From the NCBI GenBank assembly GCA_964388715.1, contig CAYMBN010000003.1, forward strand, positions 1 to 64,000: a DNA stretch of 64,000 bases, given 5' to 3'. The DNA comes from an uncultured Methanosarcinales archaeon (GTDB lineage Archaea; Nanobdellota; Nanobdellia; Woesearchaeales; CAYMBN01). The notes below the pieces were generated by a model. The model was not told the DNA's origin and made no database searches. It saw only the letters and a program-made list of their open reading frames with translations. How positions within the stretch are numbered: the first letter of the stretch is position 1; each line of letters begins with the position of its first letter. The position numbers and the translations under genes were made by a program. This document shows, piece after piece, positions 57,020-64,000 of the stretch.

Positions 57020-60000
57020 ATGAAGAAAAAGGTTATTTTGTTTATGTTAATAATAGTTCTAATTATAGGTCTTTTTTTTGTGAATTTTTTGGTTTTTGAG
57101 AAATTGAGTAAAGAAAAAGTTATACAAAAGAAAATTGTGCAAAGATCTATTCCTTCTGATTCAATTGTTACACTAAAAAAAGATACACCTAAGGAAGTTA
57201 AAGAAATATTTTCAAATGATTTTGAGGAAATATCTGATAATGTGTATAAGAAAAAGAGTTCTTCAAGATCATCAGGAGGATCATCAGGTGGTTCTTCTGG
57301 TGGAGGAAGTGGTGGAGGTGGTTCTGTTAGTTATCCTGAGGAAACATCTTTACCAGCTGATCCTAGTACTTATGTTCAAGTTGAACATGATCAAATGATT
57401 GAGTTATTGGATTTTGAACCTTTAGTTTATGATGTTTTTTTTAATACAAATAGTGTTGATTGGAATATTGAAAAAACAAATGCTCATAATGTATGGGATG
57501 AAACAAAAGGGGATGATATAAAAGTTGCAGTGCTTGATACTGGTGTTGCAGTGCATGATGATTTGGTTATTTCTGGTGGTGTTTCTTTTGTTGATGATAA
57601 TTATTATGATATGATTGGCCATGGTACAATGGTTAGTGGAGTTATTGTTGGAGTTGCACCTGAGATTGAACTTTATTCTGTGAAAATAATGGGTTATGAA
57701 GGTAAATTAAGTAATGCATTGCTTGGTTTGAGATGGGCAATTGATAATAATATGGATATTGTTACAATGAGTTTTGGTTTTGATGATTATTCTCTTGCAT
57801 TTGAACAATTGGTTAGTGAAGCTAGTGAAAATGGAATTACATTAGTTGCAGCTGCTGGTAATACTTATGGTGAGTTAATGTATCCTGGAAAATATGATGA
57901 AGTGATTTCAGTTGGTGCAGTTGATGAGAATAATCTTGTTGCTAATTTTAGTAGTCAGGGTGAAGAGTTAGATTTTGTTGAGCCTGGTGTTAATATAACA
58001 TCAACATATCTTAACAATGGTTATGCAAAAGCATCTGGTACAAGTTTTGCAGCACCTCATTTAGCAGGGATTGTTGCTTTGTTAAAATCTTTTGGAGAGG
58101 AAAATGTTAAACAAAGGTTGATTAATGATGTTGTTGACTTAGGTCTTGAAGGAAAAGATAATCTTTATGGTTATGGTTTAGGTATTGTTAATTTAACACA
58201 GAATGGAAACATTGTTGTAGAATTGTCTGGGGAATCAAGAATTGAGGTTTACAAAGATGATGTTTTATTATATAATTTAAGTTTTTTAGAAAGTATAAAT
58301 TATTCTTTATCACTTGAACCAGGAACATATTTAATTAAAAGGTATATTGGTAATAAAAAAGTTGAAAAGTTTGTGACTGTTGGAAAAAGTGAAGAAGTTG
58401 TTGTGCCATTGTATGTTAATACATATGCAAAAGATTTACGTGCAGATGCACCATGGCGTGTTAAAAATAAAGATTCAGTTATTCCTTTTGTTTTTATTAT
58501 TGCTGATGCTGGTGTAAATGATATTGACCAGTTACATAATATTAAGATTTATGATGTAACTAATGGGGAAAGTTTGGTTGCATATTATGATTTTAATGAT
58601 ATTACAATTGGCGATGATTATGAAGAAAAAATTCTTTGGATCTATGAAACACACAAGGATGAAGTAGGGAATGATATTACTCCTTCATTGTATGGATATA
58701 ATAATGGTGATGATATTAGGTTTAGGGTTGACTTTTCATATAATGATGTAGGTGAAGAAACTAATTCTATTTATCTACAGGTTCATGTTGCTGAGTCAGA
58801 AATGCCTAGAATGGATAATTGGTATTATGGTGATGTTAATTATCATTCTTTATATACAAAAAATATTGCTAATTTTGGTGCGCCATTACATACAAGTTCA
58901 ATAATGGCTGATGCACTTGAGATGGATTGGTTGTTTGTTACAGATAGTTCATATGATCTTGATGAAGATTCATTTAGTTACAAGATATTTTATGATGGTC
59001 AGTGGCATGTTAAAGGTGATACAGGAAAAACAAGATGGGAAAATTTGCAACAGGAAATTGTTGAATATTCAACTCAAGAGTTGGGTTTGTTTTTAGGAGA
59101 AGAGGTTGCAACAAAACGATTAGGAACTGGTGACTGGGATGTTAACAAGACAATACATATGTTGGTTTATGATAATGATTATATTGAGGCAAAAGGTGAT
59201 GGTTCACAATGGGTTGGTGAAGAGCCAAGAGCAATGTTAGAAGTTTTAGAAGAAGTTGAAACTGGTATTTCTTATGCATCACATCCGTATGAAACATTAA
59301 GTGGTTGGAGTCGAGGTGGTTATTGGCATAATTCTGAGATTGAGAATGCTAAAGAAAATGAACATTTTAAAGGTTTACAGATATGGAATACAAGAACTAC
59401 TAAAACAAGTTCTAATCAGGATAATCCTTTTGATTCATGGCAGGATGATAATGAGTTTTTTAGTGGTCTTGAAGATGGGATTAAAGAGTGGGATTTTGTT
59501 TTAGTAGATGGTTTAAGAAATCCTGGTTATAGAAAGGTTTTTGTGAGTGGTGGTTCTGATTCACATGGTGATTTTAATTATATGACTTACAGACTTGATG
59601 ATTTGAATTCTATTGCTGTTGATAATGCGTTTGGTAAAGTAAGGACAGTAGCTTTTGCTCCTGATAAATCTAAGTCTAATATTGTGAATGCATTAGCAAA
59701 TGGTAATTCAATTATAACAGATGGGCCATTGGTTGTGTTTGGTGTTGATGATAAGAATGTTGTTGTAGGAGATGATTTTGAATTTGTTTCTGGTGATACT
59801 TTTAATATTAAATGGAGTTCAACAAATGAATTTGGAAATGTAGATGAGATTAAAATATATAGAGCAGGTAGTTATGATTGTTTACCTTTGTCACCTGTGT
59901 TAACTCTTAATCCAGGTAGTTTGAGTGGGGAGCAAGAAGTTAATATTGGTGGGATATTGCCTGATTATAAAGGTGTTTTTTATTATAGGATAGAAGCGTT

Positions 60001-63000
60001 TACTGATAAAGGATATAGGGTTTATACAAATCCAATTTGGGTTGAGAATAATTTAGGAAGTAGTGTTGTGCCTAATAAATGTAATGAGATACGTGGGCAA
60101 GTTTTTGATAAGGATCATGTTGCAATGTTTGGGTTAACAGTTAAATTGGATTGGTCTGATAATGTTTCTATACTTGAATCTGGATTATATTCTGCATGTG
60201 AGTATGATAATTATTTTTCAGATAAAACAGATGAGAATGGTTATTATTCTTTTTCGAAAAAGATAGTTGAGAATTGTGTTAATTTTAAACCAGAAGCTAA
60301 GATTAAGTTTTTTTCTGGTGATGAGTTTGTTACTGAAATGATTTTTGTTTATAATCAGAGTGATTATGTTTATGACAAGGAGATGGATTTTGTGCATCAT
60401 GTTTTTGATAGTATGTTTTGGCATGAACAAGGTAACAAAACTTCAATGTTAAAAGTGCCTAGTGTGATTGGGGTTGATAATAAACCTATTCTTTTGGTGC
60501 ATGGTGTTTTTGGTAAAGATGGGTATTGGAAAAATGGTTTTGTTGATAAGTTAAGTGGGGAAGGTTTTGATGTTTGGGAAATTTATTATCCTAATAATGA
60601 TGATATAATAAAAAATTCTGAGATTCTTGGAAGAAATGTTGATTATTTGTTGAGTAATTATGATTCTGATAGTGTTAATATTGTTGCGCATTCAATGGGA
60701 GGTCTTGTTTCTCGTGCTTATACTCTTGGTTTAGGAGATTATAATTATAAAAATGATGTTGATAAATTATTAATGTTAGGTACGCCTAATTTTGGTAATG
60801 CATGGACAAAAGGTGTTGTTGATGGATGGGAATTACCAATATATGGGACTTATACTAATGCAGAAGAAAATGCAATTGGAAGAGGGTTTGATCCTGATGC
60901 GCCTGTGTATAAACAAATGAGTCCTGGTAGTAGGTTTTTGTGGGACTTGAATTACAAAAATGTTAATACTGATGTTGATCACTTGGTTGTTGCTGGGACT
61001 GATTCTAGTATTGTATGGTTTAATTTAGAGGATTTTATGCACGAGGAAACAAAGGATGATAAAGATGATGGTGTTGTTGCAGTTGCAAGTGCATCATTAC
61101 TGAATAAGAATGTTTCTCTTGCAACTATTAATAAAAATCATTTAACAGAAACAGTGTATGATAATGGTCGATTGATAAATATTGTTAAAGCTTTTGTTAA
61201 TGGACAACAGATTCCTATTGGAAATGATGGTGTTGATGAATTTTTTGATTGGCAAACTGTTACTGGTAATGATTTGGTGGATAATGGTTATGGTATGGGT
61301 GGCATAATTATGAAAATACTTGATGAGAATGGTACTGAAAAAGCAGGAGGGATTAGTTTGGTTAATGATGGGTTAACTGTTGTTCTTGATATTAATCAAA
61401 ATCCTGCACTAAATGAAACAGTACCTGCTGATGAGTTTGAAGGGCCTAGTATTTATTATCATTATAATAAAGAGGATGATGATCAAGATGCTTATCTTTC
61501 AATTCCAAATGGTGAATATAATATTTTTGAAGATAGTATTAATATTGGAAGTGTTACTGTTGAACCTGGTAGAACAGTTGTTGTTAAGATTGGAAATATA
61601 AAGCCTGTGATAAGTTTTGCAGGAAGTGTTTTTGGTAATGTAGGTGAACAAGTTAATTTTGATGCAGATGTTGAAGGTTTTATTGTGAACTATGAATGGG
61701 ATTTTGATGGTGATGGGATTTATGATTATAATTCTGAGTCAAGTGTTGAGACTACTTATGTTTATGATTTTTCTGGCACTTATGATGCTGTATTAAGGGT
61801 TACTGATAATAATGGTTTAGTGGATCAAGAATCGTTAAAAGTTTATGTGTATGATAATTCTGATCCTGTTTTTGTTTCAGGGCCAAATGTGCAAGCTTAT
61901 TCAAGGATGGTAAAGATTGGTTTTGTTGCAAATGAACCTGTGAAAGTTGAGATTGATTATGGTTTAACTGATTCATATGGTATGACAAAAACTTTTTATG
62001 GATACCAAAGAGAACATAAAAGAACTTTGGTTGGACTTGAACCTTCTACTGTGTATCATTACAAAATAAAGGTGTATGATTTCAAAGATCATTTGGTTGA
62101 GTCTGATGATCATTTTTTTACAACTGAAGATGAAGAGGTTGTTGTGATCAGTTCAACAGGTGGTTATGATTTTGATGGAACACATTCTTACACAAATAAA
62201 AGATTGTATTTAGATCTTACTGGATCTGGAACTGATGTGAATATTAATGGTATGCTTGACCTTACCTCTGTGTATATTGATTCAAGTTATGGATATCATC
62301 TTAAGATGGATGGTGGTAATTTGATTGTTGATGGTGCTGAATTTGAGAATGTTCTTAGTTTGGATTTGTTGGATGATAATTCTTTGGTAATTAATAATTC
62401 TAAGTTTTTTCAGGGGGACTCTTCAAATTCTGTGTTTAATCTAGAAGCTCCAATAATAAAAATTGATAATTCTTTGATTGATAATTCTTATTCCACTTCT
62501 GATTTTAATTGGGAGCATCATATTACTATTACTTCAAACAATTTAGAAATTGTTGATTCTGAACTTAATGCTGAAACAGTACAAACAGTTGATCATCTTA
62601 ATCAGATTAGAGCTATTATTGGGATTATTTCTGATGAAGTTAATATTAAGAATTCAAAATTAGTTAGTTATGCTTATATTCCTGCTAACAAGTATCAATA
62701 TTCAAATGTGGTTATAACTTCACCTAAAATAAATCTGCTTGATTCTGATGTGCGGTCATTAGCAAATGAAAACTTGGCAAGTGATAAAGATGATAATATT
62801 TTTGTTAGGTTAACTGCAACTAATGAACTTAATTTAATTGGAACTACTCTTTATAGTGATTATTTTATGGACATTAATGGTGGAATAATTGATGCTGAAG
62901 ATAGTTTGATTAATGCAAGAAACCCTTATAATTATGCAGGTGCAACTATTGATTGTAGTGATTTGTTATTTGAGAATTCAGATTTATGGTTTAGTAAAGG

Positions 63001-64000
63001 AAAGGTTGATTGTGATGGCGTTTTGTTAAAAGATTCTGAATTGACAGGAGGTTTTGTTTTGGATATTGATGGTGAGAATGATAATATGGTTGTTGGTTCT
63101 GTAATTAAGTTAGAGAAAGATGCTGGTACAATAGATCTTATTGGAAAGAGTAATGTGATTAATAATTCAAATATTTCTTTGAATAGGTATTATACTGTAA
63201 TAAGAATTGATTCTACAGAAGATCTTGTTTTGTCATCTAGTGTGATTAATTCATCTTATTATCCAACTGGTTCAACAGGGCAGGCTTTGAATTTGTATGG
63301 GAATAATATTTTTGTTGAAGATAGTTTTTTGGAATCATCTGCTCACAGAGAAACTTCTGGAGGTTCAACAGGATCTATTATTAGGTTTATAGGAGAAAAT
63401 GCAGAAGTTGTTGGGTCAACAGTTTATACATCTGCTTATTGTCAATATGAAAGTTGTTTGTCTGAGATGAATTTTGATTTGAATAATTTAAAGATTGTTA
63501 ATTCTGAAATTAATTCATTTAAGGTTGGAGGTTTTGCAGATACTGATATTGAGATTAGTAATTGTGATGTTGTTGTTAATTCTTCACGTATTGTTTCTTC
63601 AACTGATGAAACTATTTCAGCTAATGAGTTTAAGGTTTATGATTCTGTTATTGGGATGAGTTTGGAGAGTTTTAATGGTAATGATAAGGTTTATCTTTAT
63701 AATACAAGTGTTGAAGTGGTTCCAAGTGAGAGTGCTTTGGTTAGAAAATATTGGTATCTTGATTTAAGTGTTGAAGAAGGTGCTGGTATGGTTTTAAGTA
63801 ATTCTGAGCAAATGTTTGTTAATGATGGAAGGTTAGTTGTTTTAGGTTCTAAAATTGATTCTTCAGGGGAGGATGTTCTTGATCAGAACTTGATTGTGAG
63901 TAAATTAGGTTATACTACACACAATGAAATGTTTAATATTTTTGATAATATGGTTAAAAATGTTGTTTTGGATAAAATTAATTATGCTCCTGTTTTAGAA
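57020..64000 (+). CDS. Giant multidomain surface hydrolase (>2327 aa, truncated): S8 subtilase, PHP/CehA-like, lipase-type alpha/beta hydrolase, PKD, FN3, beta-helix-like
   Basis: Same frame as ATG 57020 for VLDTG (57530), HGT (57620), GTSFAAPH (58037), WYYGD (58820), GGSDSH (59549), AHSMGG (60686), WDFDGDG (61697) and the last codons of the window; N-terminal TM. Confidence 0.9.
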   Translation, partial: MKKKVILFMLIIVLIIGLFFVNFLVFEKLSKEKVIQKKIVQRSIPSDSIVTLKKDTPKEVKEIFSNDFEEISDNVYKKKSSSRSSGGSSGGSSGGGSGGGGSVSYPEETSLPADPSTYVQVEHDQMIELLDFEPLVYDVFFNTNSVDWNIEKTNAHNVWDETKGDDIKVAVLDTGVAVHDDLVISGGVSFVDDNYYDMIGHGTMVSGVIVGVAPEIELYSVKIMGYEGKLSNALLGLRWAIDNNMDIVTMSFGFDDYSLAFEQLVSEASENGITLVAAAGNTYGELMYPGKYDEVISVGAVDENNLVANFSSQGEELDFVEPGVNITSTYLNNGYAKASGTSFAAPHLAGIVALLKSFGEENVKQRLINDVVDLGLEGKDNLYGYGLGIVNLTQNGNIVVELSGESRIEVYKDDVLLYNLSFLESINYSLSLEPGTYLIKRYIGNKKVEKFVTVGKSEEVVVPLYVNTYAKDLRADAPWRVKNKDSVIPFVFIIADAGVNDIDQLHNIKIYDVTNGESLVAYYDFNDITIGDDYEEKILWIYETHKDEVGNDITPSLYGYNNGDDIRFRVDFSYNDVGEETNSIYLQVHVAESEMPRMDNWYYGDVNYHSLYTKNIANFGAPLHTSSIMADALEMDWLFVTDSSYDLDEDSFSYKIFYDGQWHVKGDTGKTRWENLQQEIVEYSTQELGLFLGEEVATKRLGTGDWDVNKTIHMLVYDNDYIEAKGDGSQWVGEEPRAMLEVLEEVETGISYASHPYETLSGWSRGGYWHNSEIENAKENEHFKGLQIWNTRTTKTSSNQDNPFDSWQDDNEFFSGLEDGIKEWDFVLVDGLRNPGYRKVFVSGGSDSHGDFNYMTYRLDDLNSIAVDNAFGKVRTVAFAPDKSKSNIVNALANGNSIITDGPLVVFGVDDKNVVVGDDFEFVSGDTFNIKWSSTNEFGNVDEIKIYRAGSYDCLPLSPVLTLNPGSLSGEQEVNIGGILPDYKGVFYYRIEAFTDKGYRVYTNPIWVENNLGSSVVPNKCNEIRGQVFDKDHVAMFGLTVKLDWSDNVSILESGLYSACEYDNYFSDKTDENGYYSFSKKIVENCVNFKPEAKIKFFSGDEFVTEMIFVYNQSDYVYDKEMDFVHHVFDSMFWHEQGNKTSMLKVPSVIGVDNKPILLVHGVFGKDGYWKNGFVDKLSGEGFDVWEIYYPNNDDIIKNSEILGRNVDYLLSNYDSDSVNIVAHSMGGLVSRAYTLGLGDYNYKNDVDKLLMLGTPNFGNAWTKGVVDGWELPIYGTYTNAEENAIGRGFDPDAPVYKQMSPGSRFLWDLNYKNVNTDVDHLVVAGTDSSIVWFNLEDFMHEETKDDKDDGVVAVASASLLNKNVSLATINKNHLTETVYDNGRLINIVKAFVNGQQIPIGNDGVDEFFDWQTVTGNDLVDNGYGMGGIIMKILDENGTEKAGGISLVNDGLTVVLDINQNPALNETVPADEFEGPSIYYHYNKEDDDQDAYLSIPNGEYNIFEDSINIGSVTVEPGRTVVVKIGNIKPVISFAGSVFGNVGEQVNFDADVEGFIVNYEWDFDGDGIYDYNSESSVETTYVYDFSGTYDAVLRVTDNNGLVDQESLKVYVYDNSDPVFVSGPNVQAYSRMVKIGFVANEPVKVEIDYGLTDSYGMTKTFYGYQREHKRTLVGLEPSTVYHYKIKVYDFKDHLVESDDHFFTTEDEEVVVISSTGGYDFDGTHSYTNKRLYLDLTGSGTDVNINGMLDLTSVYIDSSYGYHLKMDGGNLIVDGAEFENVLSLDLLDDNSLVINNSKFFQGDSSNSVFNLEAPIIKIDNSLIDNSYSTSDFNWEHHITITSNNLEIVDSELNAETVQTVDHLNQIRAIIGIISDEVNIKNSKLVSYAYIPANKYQYSNVVITSPKINLLDSDVRSLANENLASDKDDNIFVRLTATNELNLIGTTLYSDYFMDINGGIIDAEDSLINARNPYNYAGATIDCSDLLFENSDLWFSKGKVDCDGVLLKDSELTGGFVLDIDGENDNMVVGSVIKLEKDAGTIDLIGKSNVINNSNISLNRYYTVIRIDSTEDLVLSSSVINSSYYPTGSTGQALNLYGNNIFVEDSFLESSAHRETSGGSTGSIIRFIGENAEVVGSTVYTSAYCQYESCLSEMNFDLNNLKIVNSEINSFKVGGFADTDIEISNCDVVVNSSRIVSSTDETISANEFKVYDSVIGMSLESFNGNDKVYLYNTSVEVVPSESALVRKYWYLDLSVEEGAGMVLSNSEQMFVNDGRLVVLGSKIDSSGEDVLDQNLIVSKLGYTTHNEMFNIFDNMVKNVVLDKINYAPVLE

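Noticed and set aside
57257..57325. GGT/GGA/TCA tandem repeat
   Set aside because: Encodes the Gly/Ser linker of the giant protein; not an independent element.
57216..61988. Short ORFs listed within the last 7 kb
   Set aside because: Off-frame or antisense shadows of the long ORF starting at 57020.

Overview
AT-rich archaeal chromosomal window, most consistent with a DPANN archaeon such as Woesearchaeota (inference). Archaeal markers are rpl15e, rps17e, Alba, the Pop5-PsmA-SBDS-Rrp4/41/42 superoperon, deoxyhypusine synthase, archaeal AlaRS, TrmB, BHB-intron tRNAs and TATA-box promoters. There is one 100-N gap (36003-36102). The standout feature is a ~14.5 kb co-oriented minus-strand cluster (16360-30817). 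It holds four tandem bacterial sigma70/RpoD paralogues, two of them near-textbook group-1 sigmas including region 1.1, each behind an archaeal TATA box. Upstream are four genes for proteins of repeated Xis/MerR-like winged-HTH modules; three share a ~110-aa N-terminal domain. Other notable items: a stand-alone, promoter-bearing RNA with a canonical bulge-helix-bulge motif (40674-40767); tRNA-Ala(GGC) with two non-canonical introns; two dispersed covarying ~135-nt structured elements; a 60-bp double-hairpin repeat; bacterial-type lgt and glpX-fba-tpi; a GNAT/FGase/GCS2 cluster; a putative pseudomurein-binding deacetylase; and a >2300-aa multi-hydrolase surface protein missing from the ORF track because it runs off the window end. 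All calls rest on by-eye motif recognition; no searches were run.
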